Shown: positions 11,500 through 25,634, numbered from the stretch's first letter. The stretch is 64,000 bases of DNA from Octopus vulgaris (GCA_951406725.2 OX597824.1:25296001-25360000); one strand, 5' to 3'. Notes: generated by a model not told the origin, from the sequence alone. Numbers and translations are program-made.

Positions 11500-12067
11500 T
11501 TGGATTGTCCGGAAAGTTCGTGCCGATTTATAGGAGCTTACCTTTCGACTTATTTTAGAACATGGTTGAGTCCATAAAATAGGATTTGACTACACTTCCA
11601 TTTAGAGCACAGTTTAAGCTATCTTTTCATGGAAGAAGGTTTATGTTCCCATAACCTGTGTTAATTGTGTAACCCTTTAAAATGGAAGATAAGAAAGTTC
11701 ATTTTCGGCACTTGATGCTTTGGGAACCAGACAAAAATTGCTGCAGCTCGGCTGGGATGTATTACCCCACCCTCCATATTCACCAGATATTGCTTCTTCG
11801 GATTTCCACTTATTCAGGTCTCTACAGAATCGTCTTAATGGTAAAAAATTCAATTCCTTGGATGACGTAAAAAGATACCTTGATGAATTCTTTGCCATGA
11901 AACCACTTCAATTCTGGGAAGAGGGTATTTTCAAGTTAAAAAGGAAAGATGGAGACGCATTGTGCAACAAAATGGTTCATATTTGGTTGATTAAAAATGT
12001 AATAGCAAGTATTTATTGACCTTTTTCTTTCTTTTAAAAATCGGCACGAACTTTCCGGACAACCCAA
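11500..12067 (+). mobile_element. Internally deleted mariner element
   Basis: TIRs TTGG(A/G)TTGTCCGGAAAGTTCGTGCCGATTT at both ends, TA on the right. N-terminus MEDKKVHFRHLMLWE is fused to C-terminal WDVLPHPPYSPDIASSDFHLFRSL. Confidence 0.93.
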
Positions 12068-12244
12068 TATAAATCGGCTTAAAGGTCCAAAACACTTGTG
12101 TTCCAGAGCCAAGTGCGTCAGTGAGCCAAGTGTTTTGAATAGACTGTTGTAATAAAAGGGAGAATTTATTTTCCTATGTCGTACTCTGTAGGAACTTAAA
12201 TATTTTGCATCAGAGCCTACTGAACACTTTAAGAATAAATATGC

Positions 12245-12404
12245 AATGTGTGGTGAGTAGCTTGCTTACCAACCACATGGTTCCGGGTTCAGTCCCACTG
12301 TGTAGCACCTTGGGCAAGTGTCTTCTACTATAGCCTCGGGTTGACCAAAGCCTTGTGAGTGGATTTGGTAGACAGAAATTGAAAGAAGCCTCGTCGTATA
12401 TATG

Positions 12405-12467
<63 letters not shown>

Positions 12468-12645
12468 TTGTGTGTCTGTGTTTGCACCCCCCCCACCCCA
12501 GCATCGCTTGACAACCGATGCTGGTGTGTTTACGTCGCCGTAACTTAGCGGTTTGGCAAAAGAGACCGATAGAATAAGTACTAGGCTCGACTAAAGGCGG
12601 TGGTTCAGCATGGTCACAGTCAAATGACTGAAACAAGTAAAAGAG
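12245..12645 (+). mobile_element. SINE (family D) with internal (TA)/(TG) tract
   Basis: GGTTCAGTCCC B-box-like head; body ...GAGACCGATAGAATAAGTAC...TGACTGAAAC. Other copies at ~5465-5840, ~24965-25355 and in the tandem-array units (e.g. 36680-37050). Confidence 0.8.
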
Positions 12646-13099
12646 TAATCGTTAATGATATTTAGAACCAACATATGGATATGCCCAGCCCCACTGTAAC
12701 AGAATTTGGACTTATCTCAATCGCAAGTTCCAAGGCAAAACCTTCTTTAACTCTTCAAGTTAATGCTCAACAAAAACCTGCTTTAATTAACCAATCTGTC
12801 GCCTACAGAACGACAGTGTTTAATCTCAACAATAGATTTACTAATGAAAAGTGTTACCATGTATTCTGCTTTGACTGTTTGGGTTTTTTCTGGAGCTTTA
12901 GATAGCTAACTGCAAAAAACTATCGATAAGAAATGCCTAACATCTGCTGTGTCCTTTTTAATCTTTCCAATAGATTTTAAGTATAAAAAGGGAACAAAAT
13001 CACCTAAATTTTATTTTCTTATTTAACCTTCTATCGTGGTTAGGTTGTCTTCTTAATATGGGATGTGAATAATACTTTCACCCGATGCATTTCCAGAAC

Positions 13100-13480
13100 C
13101 TTAAAACCCTACCATTCACACATAGTGGATAGTAAATACTACACAGTGCTCCTGTCTAAAAACGTTTCTTTCTTCAGAAGCATTTGTCTGGTATATTTTT
13201 AATTACTGTTTTGCTTTTATCCTCTATTTTATCAGTAAATTGTACTTTAAAATTTTCAAACCTAGAACTAGGTTCCTTAAAATGTTTACAAATGTATTTA
13301 TCCATGTCTGTTTTGAAGTTTGTCCTACATATTGCACGCCACACCCATTGCAATGTATTGCACAAACTGCGTTACGAACCTTGCAGCTAAACGATAAACC
13401 ATTATCAATAGCAAACTTGTTGCTTACAACTATCTTACAAATGTCCTATCACGTTGCATTCATTGCATATAAATACCTTA
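13100..13480 (-). mobile_element. Degenerate Penelope-like GIY-YIG remnant
   Basis: FSCKVRNAVCAIHCNGCGVQYVGQTSK then, frameshifted, ICKHFKEP...FKVQF. Boundaries approximate. Confidence 0.7.
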
Positions 13481-14657
13481 TGACATAAAACTTCACAGCA
13501 CAAACAGTTACGCTTCCCTTTCCACATTTGTTAACAACGCTATTGTATTCCATTTCAGTTACGTAAATATTTTTTTCTTTTGTTGTAGTATTTATAGAAC
13601 CTACGAACTTTAGACTTGCTCTCTTCGGTGTTATATGAACTACTATATCAGGCTCAAAGTATAGGGACGCGTCTAGCCACCAGAAACTATTTAACGAGGT
13701 TCTGACTTATCCAATGGGCATTACCTGGTATAATATCATTAATGCTGAGAGCTGTCATGTACAGGAGCAATCCCTGGCGGTTCAGTTCACACCTCTTATA
13801 ACCGGATCAAAGCTTTCAGTCATAATACTTACATAATGGGGTGGACTGCACCTTTTAAAATTAAATGTGATTAATAATATCCTCAATAACATAAACTTTT
13901 ATAAAGCATATAAGTTATTTCCCTTTGTAACATATAATTACTGATACTCTCGTATCGGAGGCCTGTTATGCTGTAAACAACATTAACTAACTTAACAAAT
14001 ACAAGTTAATTTCGCTTAGAAAATATAAATCCCGATACCTACATATAAAAGACCTGACAACAGAAAATCTAGTCCGCACAGTATTAAGGTAGGGTCTAAT
14101 ATATATAACAATTTTGTACCTGAACTTCTTTCAAGGTATTTTCTCACGTGTGAATATCCGCCTCTCAGACACTTTCCATTTCCTTGTACGTATGGTGGCC
14201 ATTTCGAATTGCAGTATTAATCATATATTTATTTATTCTTTTACTAAAAATATTGTACACTTGTACACTCACACACACAAACTGAGTGTACATATATATA
14301 TCTATACCTGTGTGAGAGTGTACGTAAATTTATATACACGTAGGTGTTTGCGCTCGCGTTTAACTATGTGTTCGGATATCGTTGCTGCTGGTGGTTAAGA
14401 ATTCGAGAAGAATAGGGTTTCATATATTGAGTAAATGTACGGAAGACGTGAACCCTCTCCATGTGAAGGGCACGCAACAGTCTTTTTCTATGAACAGGGT
14501 GGTCGTGTCTCTTTTACGAAGGCACACCTATTCAACCACAAACGTTAACACAGAAAAACCCCACCCCATTGTGTGTATGTGTGTGTATGGATATCTGTCT
14601 ATCTGTATATATATATATATATGAATATAAATATATATATATACATACACACACACG

Positions 14658-14700
<43 letters not shown>

Positions 14701-14960
14701 ATCACGTGACCGACCAGTCCATCAGATGTAGTTACACATCGCTGGTCACAATGCGTTTGCATTGTTTTAGCCTTCGAATGACGCCACCCCGCTGGCTAAG
14801 CGAGCAGGCCAACAGAAGAAAGAGTGAGAGAAAGTTGTGGTGAAAGAGTACAGCAGGGATCACCGGCCCCTGCCGGAGCCTCGTGGAGCTTTTAGGTGTT
14901 TTCGCTCAATAAACACTCACAACGCCTGGTCTGGGAATCGAAACCGCGATCCTACGACCG

Positions 14961-15023
<63 letters not shown>

Positions 15024-15204
15024 TATATCTCAAAGAAAGCTCAAGTAGAGTTTAAAATTTGCTACAACTGCTTTGTACAACTGTTCATTGGTACATTCTT
15101 AGAAAATACCCTATTTACCAACTAAAATGGCAAAAAAATTCATCGTTATCATATTAGTTGGTAAATAAGTCATTTCCTAGTTTCACTTTACCAGTTCATA
15201 TGTC

Positions 15205-15300
15205 TTTAAACATTTACCTGAAGATGCTGGATTTTCGCTATGGTGTAATGTAAGAATGCATCAATAGAATCCTTCAGAAACAACTGTTGTAAATTTTAAA
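15205..15300 (+). ncRNA. Type I hammerhead ribozyme motif
   Basis: 12-bp stem I TTTAAA(C)ATTTAC/GTAAATTTTAAA, core CTGAAGA (15218-15224), stem II TG..GGATT/AATCC..CA, GAAA (15277-15280), near-palindromic ACAACTGT, GUU triplet. Confidence 0.65.
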
Positions 15301-15644
15301 CATTACTTGTCTTCTTTTATACATATACCTATTTCTTTATTACCCACAAGGGGCTAAACATAGAGGGAACAAACAAAGACAGACATAGGTAATAAGTCGA
15401 TTACATCGACCCCAGTGCGTAACTGCTACTTAATTTATCGACCCCGAAAGGATGAAAGGCAAAGTCTACCTCGGCGGAATTTGAACTCACAACGTAACGG
15501 CAGACGAAATACCGCTAAGCATTTCGCCGCCTTATACATATACCGCACCTGTAACCAGTCCTTGGTCGGATCTCCGGTTTATATTGGATTTGGTACCTAT
15601 GTATGTATGTATGTATGTATGTATGTATGTATGTATGTATGTGT

Positions 15645-16436
15645 CCAGTGAGTCTACAACTGACCTAGCACACCCAAGTCATTTTAAAACTTCAGACTTA
15701 GTGCAGATGTTGCTATGGATCACGCTGCGAAGAAAAGCGAAGCGGTCAACGATTTCATTCTCGCCCTCAACATACAAACGAGATGGAGTCCCACAGGGAG
15801 CTCACGAAAGACTGATTCTTTGTCTTGACCCAAGGACGCTGCCATGAGCAAAACACAAGCTTACGAATGGTTTCCATGCTTTCGGAATGGTCACTTGTCG
15901 CTTGAAGACAAATCTCGTTGAGGGCGAACGTCAACCTCGAGAACAAATGAAAACGTCATGAAAACTCATGAACAGAAATTGGGGGAACCATCACCGAACA
16001 ACTGACGAATTTGTTGATATGACTGGTATGTCCTGGAGTTCCTACCAACGAGTTTTGAGCGAGAAATTGCGAATGAAAGGGTTGCAGCAAAATTTGTGCC
16101 TCGCTTGCTGAGGGAAGATCAAAAGCAGTCACGAGTGAATGCGTGTCGTTAACTGGAAGAACAGTTGGAAGTTGATCCGGACCTTTATTCGAAGGTTTGT
16201 CACTGGTGACGAATGCTGGTGCTACGGAATTTGCAAATGTGGAAGAGGCAAAGTTTAAAACGACGACGTTACAAGACATCTCTTCGCAACAGTTCCAGTA
16301 CACTTCGAATAGTGGAAAACGTGACTGGACCAGTGCATTGCTTCAAGTGCAGAATACTTGGAAGGCAATACAGTGTAAACATGTAAAACTAAGTGAATAA
16401 GATAATTTTGAAAATTCCGGTTTCTTTTGGGTAATA
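15645..16436 (+). mobile_element. Degenerate mariner transposase remnant
   Basis: MSKTQAYEWF..FRNGHLSLEDKSR*GRTSTSRT, then AAKFVPRLL and VTGDECWCY, then a deletion to the C-terminus. Stops and frameshifts present. Left boundary approximate. Confidence 0.8.
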
Positions 16437-16556
16437 TACGTACATACATACATACATACATACACATACACAAACGTACATATATACGTGTGTGTGTGTG
16501 TGTCTCTCTCTCTCTCTCTCTCTCTGTGTATGTATGCATGTATGTATGCATGTATG

Positions 16557-16616
<60 letters not shown>

Positions 16617-16740
16617 AACAAAGGGTAAAGACTAAATAATTAAGAAGTAATCAGTAATTTTACCAAGTAGAATTCGGCATGACATTTCTAAACTTCGGTA
16701 TGTGGTGAACCCTAATTTTGCTGAACCCTAATTATAAAGA

Positions 16741-16783
<43 letters not shown>

Positions 16784-17107
16784 TGTCTGCGTGTGTGCGT
16801 GTGAGGTGCGTTGCCTCACGGTGGCACAATCTTTGAATGTGTTTCGGTTTCGATGCGAATGTCTAGGCACTTGAATCATTACTATGGTTTCTCAACGCTA
16901 AACAGAATATTATGACTTGATTTTGCATACTATCAAATCAGCTGATAGTTAATGGAGCTCTGTCTGGTGAGTGTTAGCGGCTTTATACGTTTATTTTCAC
17001 GTGGTTCTCTCCTCTCCCCCTGTGCAGGCTCGCATACACATACAAAAATATACAAAGAAATAAATATAAATGTATGTATATATACATACATACATACACA
17101 CACACAT

Positions 17108-17190
<83 letters not shown>

Positions 17191-17401
17191 CATATATATA
17201 TACATACACGCAGAGCATATATGGTAAAACACCAAACCCATGACAGGCATGTCCCATTTCAATTTTAAGAAGCAAATATGAAAGGTAGAACATTTGTTGG
17301 CTTTCCTCTCTCCCTTCTTTCCTTTATTTCTTCCTTCCTTTCTCCCTTCCTTCCTTTCTTTCTCTCTTTCTTTCTTTCCTTTCTTTGTAACAAGAGGACT
17401 T

Positions 17402-17449
<48 letters not shown>

Positions 17450-17561
17450 TATGAAAATTGCGTAAACTGGTTAAGTTTATTTCGGACACAAATGATAAAA
17501 GAAAAAAATTTGTATAAGTTATATACCAACTTACTATAGCTAAGCTGGAATTAGCCCCTGC

Positions 17562-17789
<228 letters not shown>

Positions 17790-18455
17790 GCATATATGGG
17801 GACAGGATACCACCAACAGTGCAAATGACATGAAATGCGTAAGCAAACGAGTTCAATGCATAAACAATGGGAAAAAATGGTAAACAGGACAAGTAAACAC
17901 AAAGGACCCTTCATCAGTTGTCTGCTATCTATCTACTTCTCATTTCGAGCATACAACGACAATATGATTCTTCAAAGACAGCTGCTCCCATAAATTCTTA
18001 ACTAAAATGAAGGATTTTATGGAGGGTCAAAGTTGGGAACAAAAACAGGACAGTGGAGACATACAAGAAAACTGAGCGAAAACAAACAAGGAGGACCAGA
18101 ACGAGAAGAAATTAGTGAACGCCGTGGGGAATAATTTCTTTAAAAAGAGAAAAGATAGACGAGAGAAAGAAAACTCCAGTCCTTAGAACGTCTCGCAGGA
18201 AAAGAAAGACGGTCACGTGAAGAAAAGAAAGTTGGACGATGATCACGTGTGAGCAACGAGACAGAGAAAAAGAGGAATAGGGGGACAGAGGCAGATAGAA
18301 AACAGTGAAGAGGAGAAAAGGGAATTAGAGAAGGATGGAGAAGAAAACAGTATAGAGTAGAGTCGCATCAAAAAGGTTAAGATAAACTTACTTAGAAATG
18401 GATGCGTGGCGTTCAATTAAATAATATATATGTATATATATATATATACATATAA

Positions 18456-18517
<62 letters not shown>

Positions 18518-18639
18518 TTACACACACACATATGTATATATACAAATATATGCAGGAAGTAAATAGACACCTTCAATTTTCAAAATCTTTTATTTAATAC
18601 GCAAAGTGAACAAGTGAATTATAATCGATAGGTAGGACT

Positions 18640-19010
18640 ACATACTTTAGTATTTAGTTGACATTCCCTTTCCAGTTTTTATTTCGGAAACTCTTTTTGG
18701 CATTGAAATGATGAGCTTTGTGATTGTCTCTTGTGAAATTTCTGCCCACTTTTCATGCAACAATCGAAAAATTCATCTTTAGATTTAGGTTTCTTTCGAG
18801 TTATTAGTATAGCTCTATCTAGTATGCTCCAAAAATTTTTAATTGGGTTTATGTTAGGCCAAGGAAGCTTTTTGATCCAATTTTTAGTCAGCCAGTGTTG
18901 ATTCCTTTTCGCTGTGTGGCATGGAACCCCATCTTCCATGAATAAAACCTCATTTTTCGTTATGTTATCGCGTGAATACATCGGAAGTAGTCCTTGCATA
19001 TTTCTCACGC
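18640..19010 (-). mobile_element. Tc1-like transposase C-terminal (DDE) fragment
   Basis: FMEDGVPCHTAK...WP-NINPIKNFWSILDR resembles the FQQDNAPCHTAK...WP.SPDLNPIENLW consensus. Confidence 0.8.
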
Positions 19011-19029
19011 CTTCGTTCCAGGGAGTAAA

Positions 19030-19390
19030 ACTGTAGTTTTCTCAGCCTATCCCTATAACTCATCCGCTGCACTGTTCAAATCATTTTAGTGTAGTGGCGT
19101 TGGACTGCTTCAAGTTCCGTTGTTAGTGTGGCACTATGTGGTGACCATAACTGGAAGCAGCAGTGCAGGCGACTGAGGACAAAGGTTCTCCACAGGGTCA
19201 ACATAGTTTCTTGGTCTCTTGTCTTAAAGGACCTCAATATCCATCCAGCCAGTTGTCTGCACTTTGCTGCTAATGAGCGTATTAAATGATGCGTCATTGC
19301 ACATACTGATTTCTAAGCCTTTCACTGCCTGTGACTCTGGGATTGTAGTGCCTTCGCGTCCTTCGGGTCCTTTGGGTCATTTGGGTCCTA
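19030..19390 (-). mobile_element. CR1/L2/Jockey-group LINE ORF2 fragment (post-RT region)
   Basis: [37 protein letters not shown]...LEAVQRHYTKMI. Confidence 0.8.
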
Positions 19391-19503
19391 TAAATGTAGA
19401 TTGTACTGTATTCGTGAGTTATTGTACTATACATACATATATTTATACACTCTCGTATATATACGCATACACATACATATACACACATACATATATATAT
19501 GTA

Positions 19504-19541
<38 letters not shown>

Positions 19542-19615
19542 ACATATAGATCTATATATACATATATATATATACATATGTACATGCATACATATTTTTG
19601 TACATATATATAATA

Positions 19616-20425
19616 CTAGCAGCATAGCACGGCGTTGCCCGGGTATGTAAGAGCCCCTAGTAGGCAACGACTAATCCCAATCTAGTCCTTTCCCTCTAGG
19701 GAACGAAGGCGCATGTGTAGGTTGCAATGTCTTCTCTTCACTCCCAAATAACTATCAAACAGATATCGATAATTCAACCCAACCAATTCCTACCAGGAAG
19801 AAATTACATTCGAGACTTTACCCCCAACATCGCCACTTCTGCTAATAGCTGCTGCAGCCGCAAGTTATTCGAATACTTTTTTTTGTTTACACTTTCTTTA
19901 TAACTACCACCCCAAACGTTTTACCTTAAATTTTTGACGTACCCTAAGGGTCCTCGGACGCTACTTGCAAACTCTTGGTTTATCATAAACCGCTTTTGTC
20001 GTGTGCACCAAAAAAACCTTTTCCATTCGTTTGTTCAGTTTGGTCACTTTTGACTTTTTCGTTGTTGTCACTCACATTGCTGCCCGCTTTTTTGCCGTTT
20101 TTGTACATTTTTATACATTTTGGGATACTTACCCCACGTGTTCCGAGAGTTAAAAAGGTCGAGTTGCGTCCCCTAGACAGTCTGTAGAAAATGTGTTGCA
20201 TATAAAAAGCTTAGATTCTCGACCCCATGTCGAATTTATCGATTTGTTTTCAGAACTGGGGGAACTTTTCAAAATTTTCGCTGCGTTAGTTTTGAATTAT
20301 GACATTGGGCTATGTGTGTGTCAAGTTTCATCAGAATCGGTTGAAAGCCGTGGTCAGGGTGAGGGTACAACCTGACAGACACACAGACACACAGACAGAC
20401 AAACTGCCGTTAATATATATATAGA
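19616..20425 (-). mobile_element. Non-autonomous Helitron
   Basis: 5' A|TCTATATATATATTAACGGCAG. 3' hairpin CCCGGGCAACGCCGTG followed by CTAG|T. No TSD. Confidence 0.75.
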
Positions 20426-20497
20426 TATATATACATACATATATATGTGCAGATGTATATACACATATATTCACGCATACATACATACATACATACA

Positions 20498-20571
<74 letters not shown>

Positions 20572-20635
20572 GGTCCCGGGTTGATTCGGAGTTAACCACA
20601 GTAAATAAGGTACTCAATACATAGCAGAGTAAAAT

Positions 20636-20742
20636 TAATTTATTATATAGAAGGAGCTTCTACAGGACTAGAACTGTTTCATTCAAGAGAAATCTTCTCT
20701 CTTGAATGAAACAGTTCTAGTCCTGTAGAAGCTCCTTCTATA

Positions 20743-20752
<10 letters not shown>
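20636..20752. repeat. Perfect palindrome with 55-bp arms and 7-nt loop
   Basis: Arms 20636-20690 and 20698-20752 are exact reverse complements. It lies in an insert bounded by (TA)n. Confidence 0.95.
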
Positions 20753-20782
<30 letters not shown>

Positions 20783-21486
20783 TATGTAAGTGAGATAATA
20801 GTTTCAGTATTAATAGTGGAGCTATTAAAACTGAATGTACTATTTCACAATTCAATAGAGATGTTATTTTTGCACTTTTGACACGCAAAACCGAAACAGT
20901 GTAAGAGATAAGAGAATCCTCCGGGCTTGCATTAGGCAAGAAGTTGAAAATGTTTTGGCTCATGGCATTGCAAGGACCCCATGTAAAGCATGTGTAAAAT
21001 TTGAATGAAATCAGTTGGGTAGTTCTCGAGTTTTAGTGATGCGCACATGCATGCATACATACATACATACATACATACATACAGACAGACAGACAGACAG
21101 ACAGACATTCTCAATAAGGCGAAATGCTTAGCGGTATTTCGTCTGCCGTTACGTTCTGAGTTCAAATTCCGCCGAGGTCGACTTTGCCTTTAATCCTTTC
21201 GGGGTCGATAAATTAAGTACCAGTTTCGCACAGGGATCGATGTAATCGACTTAATCCCTTTGTCTATCCTTGTTTGTCCTCTCTGTGTTTAGCCCCTTGT
21301 GGGTAGTAAAGAAATATTTATATATAAATTGAGAGAATGGAGCATTTAAAATCCAGGCTACACGTGTTTCTTAGCTAAGAGTTATAATAGAAGTCTCTTG
21401 CTCAAGTTACCTCGGACTGGGATCGAACTCAAAGTGCATAATATAGTAGATATATAACACATACACATACACTATCTATCCCTCTT

Positions 21487-21542
<56 letters not shown>

Positions 21543-21934
21543 ACATACACACACACATACACACGCACACACACATATACACACAAGGCGTTTTTATAAT
21601 TAAAGTTGTGGATGAATACATTTCATTAAAAATCAAAGTTAACACCTGGAAATCCTCATTTATATATGATTAGCAGGTGTGATAAAACAAACTTAAATTT
21701 CATCCCCCCCCCGCCAAAAAATTAAAAAAAATAAACGCGAGCCGATATCCAATTTGAACCTATGGGCCATATGTCACGTATCGCTTTAATTTAAAGAGTG
21801 ACACATACCTATGTGTATGTATACACCCATTCATTCATTGACATATGCAAATATGCGTGAGCGTTCGTGTGTAGGTGCTTGCGTATATACACACTCGATA
21901 TATTGTACGTATCTCTCTTTCTCTCTCTCTCCCC

Positions 21935-22003
<69 letters not shown>

Positions 22004-22105
22004 TATAATATATATATATATATAAATGGTGTATATATGTATACATATATGTATATTTATCTAAGTATGTGTATCTGTGTGTGTGTTTAATGATTAGATA
22101 TACAC

Positions 22106-22236
<131 letters not shown>

Positions 22237-23512
22237 AGAAAGAGAGAGAGAGAAACGCATGAATTCACATGCAGACACACACACATAACGTTGTCAAGTA
22301 GTGGTGTGTGTATATATATATATATAAATGCTATTGTGTGTGTGTGTATATGTATATATAAAACCGTGTATTTGTGTGTCTGTATTTGTGTGCGTGTATT
22401 TGTGTGTGTGTATGTGTGTGTGTGTGTGTTTGTGTTGAAAAAATACTGCTACGTTCTGATTAATAATACCTTTGAAGCCCAGCAGTAGTAGCTGCAACAA
22501 CAACAACAACAACAACAGTAGTAACACCAGCAATGACAACCAACAACTCGTTCGGTAAAAGCAGCTATTATATAAATTCTATGAAACCTGTTGAAAACAG
22601 GTTTAGCAGATTAAGGTCATTAACAATATTTATGTAGATTTTGTTGTTGTTTACATCAAGGGCAGCCTTAAGATAACCGCTCTAGCTATAACCAACATGT
22701 TATATTCGTGCAGAACTCTGCACTCCAAACCACTTTTTCCAATGCGTTCTTGTAAAATCATAGTTGAGGTTGATGCAAGTTCGGTTGCTATTTCTGGTTG
22801 GCTGAATTGTTGTCACGTCGAGGCTCCTTCGCAGTCTCGGGGTTTTTTCTTCTTTTTTATAATCTTATTTGCTTTAGTCATTGGACTTCGGCCATGCTGA
22901 GACACCGCCTTGACGGGTTTAGTCGAACAATTCAACACACTTACTTTTTTCTTTAAAGCTGATATTGCCGATAGTAAACTAAACAAAAGCTGATAAAACG
23001 CACAAATATGCACTCACGTAAGAAGCACTCCGTCGGTAACGACGATGAGGGTTTCGGTTGATCCGAATCAACGGAACAGCCTGCTCGTGAAATTAACGTG
23101 TAAGTGGCTGAGCACTCCACAGACACGTGCACCCTTATCGTAGTTCTCGGGGATATTCAGCGTGACACAGAGGTACAACAGAAACAGGAAGTAAGAGTGA
23201 GAGAAAGTTGTGGTGAAAGAGTACAGCAGGGTTCACCACCACCCACTGCCGGAGACTCGTGGAGCTTTAGGTGTTTTCGCTCAATAAACACTCACAACGC
23301 CCGGTCTGGGAATCGAAACCGCGATCCTATGACCGCGAGTCCGTTGCCCTAGCCACTGGGCCATTGCAAGGTGGACTTCCAAATTCTTTCACAAGAGTTC
23401 TATATAAGACGCGCACTGGGACAGACCGGAAACCACTTGGCTGTAAATCAAGTTTCTTAACCACACAGCCATTCCTGCGCCTACAATAATGGAGTTACTA
23501 TAAACTATTATG

Positions 23513-24133
23513 GGATCTTTTCGGTTTGAATGGCAGTTTTTTTCTAGCGGTGTCATATGAAATTGTCACCCATAATTATGACCCTAGAATCGATCTATTG
23601 CATTTCAATCGCTTTTAGGGTTAGGGTTAGGGTTAGGGTTAGGGGTGGAGCGAAGGGTATCTTTTTTTCTTCAAAAATGTAAATAAACCCAATCTGTTTC
23701 TTAAACGAGGGACATATTCATACAGCACAGAATGTTTTTTACCTTAATGGACGTCAGTGATTGGTTGAAATTGCAGAAATTGAAGAAAAAAAGCAACAAA
23801 TATCTTACAAACTATAGAATTTTCTCAATAAAGCCAAGAGAAAAAGATGTTTTATAAACACATTCTACCAGTATACGAAGTTTAAAATTTTTTAGTTACC
23901 TAGAAATTATGTTAAAAGCCGTTCAAACCGAAAAGATCCAACGTCACTGATTGGTTGAAATTGTAGATATTGAAGAAAAAAAAACAACAAATATCTTACA
24001 AACTATAGAATTTTCTCAATAAAGCCAAGAGAAAAAGATGTTTTATAAACACATTCTGCCAGTATACGAAGTTTAAAATTTTTTAGTTACCTAGAAATTA
24101 TGTTAAAAACTGCCGATCAAACCGAAAAGATCC
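23513..24133. mobile_element. Second copy of the same MITE, opposite orientation, terminal ~190 bp duplicated
   Basis: TSD CTATTATG at 23505-23512 and 24134-24141. (TTAGGG)n at ~23615-23644. The TIR ends once at 23939 and again at 24133. Confidence 0.9.
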
Positions 24134-24148
24134 CTATTATGTAAGAAA

Positions 24149-24520
24149 TCAATGGCGGTTAGCGTGTCTGCGCATCATTTGCCACAGTATGCTCAGTCCT
24201 CTATGCAGTGAATGTTGTCTGCAAATGGATTGTCTGATCAGCAGGACGCGTCCTTCCACAGAAAGCGGAAGAGCAAGTGCTCCATTCTGGCCCGCCACGA
24301 AGGGTAAAACATGATGTTCAAGCTGTAGTGAATGACGATGCGACATAAGCATTCTCTACCTCACCCGACCCATCAGGGACAGTTTTCATTCAGTTCAAAT
24401 CTAGATATGACTAACCAATCTATTCGTCACCTCTTCTTGTTCATCAGGAGGTCTGAACGAAATTAAACCTTGAGAAATTTAACCGATCCGTCTGTCCAGC
24501 GTTCTACGGTGCTCAATTTC
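24149..24520 (-). mobile_element. Degenerate L1/Tx1-like LINE fragment
   Basis: EHLLFRFLWK / LIRQSICRQHSLHRGLSI resembles the FLW...V....C......GGL segment after the RT domain. Confidence 0.45.
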
Positions 24521-24930
24521 ATTACTACCCACATGGGGCTAAACACAGAGACGACAAACAAGGACAGACAAACGGATTAAGTCGATTATATCAACCCCAG
24601 TGCGTAACTGGAACTTATTTAATCGACCCCGAAAGGACGAAAGGCAAAGTCGACCTCGGCTGAATTTGAACTCAGAACGTAGCGGCAGACGAAATACCTA
24701 TTTCTTTATTACCCACAAGGGGCTAAACAGAGAGAGGACAAACAAGGACAGACAAACGGATTAAGTTGATTATATCAACCCCAGTGTGTAACTGGTACTT
24801 ATTCAATCGACCCCGAATGGATGAAAGGCAAAGTCGACCTCGGCGGAATTTGAACTCAGAACGTAGCGATAGACGAAATACTACTAAGCATTTCGCCCGG
24901 CGTGCTAACGTTTCTGCCAGCTCACCGCCT
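24520..24930 (-). mobile_element. Family B SINE with the same internal duplication
   Basis: Reverse complement of the 7962-8370 structure, with the same junction. Confidence 0.85.
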
Positions 24931-25061
24931 AAACCAGCTCTCCGCCTAAACCAGCTCACCTATAGTCATGTAGTACTGTGTAGTATCTTGGGCAAGTGTC
25001 TTCAACGATAGCAACAATAGCCGCCCAAAGCCCTTGAGTGAGTTTAATGGACTGAAACTTC

Positions 25062-25131
<70 letters not shown>

Positions 25132-25493
25132 TGTGTGTGTATGTGGGTGTCTGTCTTTGTGTCTGTCCTTCACTGCTTGATAAGAAGTGCTGGTTTGTTT
25201 ATAACCCTGAAACTCAGCGGTTTGCCAGCAGATATCGATAAAATAAGTACCAGATTTTAAAAAACAAATTAAGTATGGGTGCCATTTGTCCTATTAACAC
25301 TCTTCAAGCCACAGCTCCAGCATGGCCGGAGTCCAATGACTGAAACAAGTGGAAGATACATTTTGACTTCCCTTTTAAGATTTTTGGAACTTATGGTTAC
25401 AGAAGTGTAATCCTAGAAAAGAAAACATACAAAGAAACAAAGTAAAAAAAGAAAGAACGAAAGCAAATGAAGGCAATATATTATCTTACTTAC

Positions 25494-25627
25494 AGCGCAT
25501 GCGCCGGTCACACCATTTCTGATACAGATATGACTGGATAGAATTAATCCTTGCCAACTTGAATTACAGGAGTTCGTGTCGGTGATGGTTACTTTCAATT
25601 CATTTAACACATTAGGGTCACCAGTGT
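25494..25627 (-). CDS. Internal exon of an S1-family (chymotrypsin/elastase-like) serine protease
   Basis: ctttcAG| ... |GTAAGT. 134 nt, phase 1 to phase 0. Translates TGDPNVLNELKVTITDTNSCNSSWQGLILSSHICIRNGVTGACA, the L-x-E-x-x-V...C...IC...G-A-C segment that precedes GDSGGP. No stops. The other exons were not found by eye. Confidence 0.85.
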
Positions 25628-25634
25628 CTGAAAG

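Noticed and set aside
17880-17985. Further hammerhead cores on the minus strand (CTGATGA at 17917-17911)
   Set aside because: No matching GAAA/stem III/stem I could be assembled; at best a decayed remnant.
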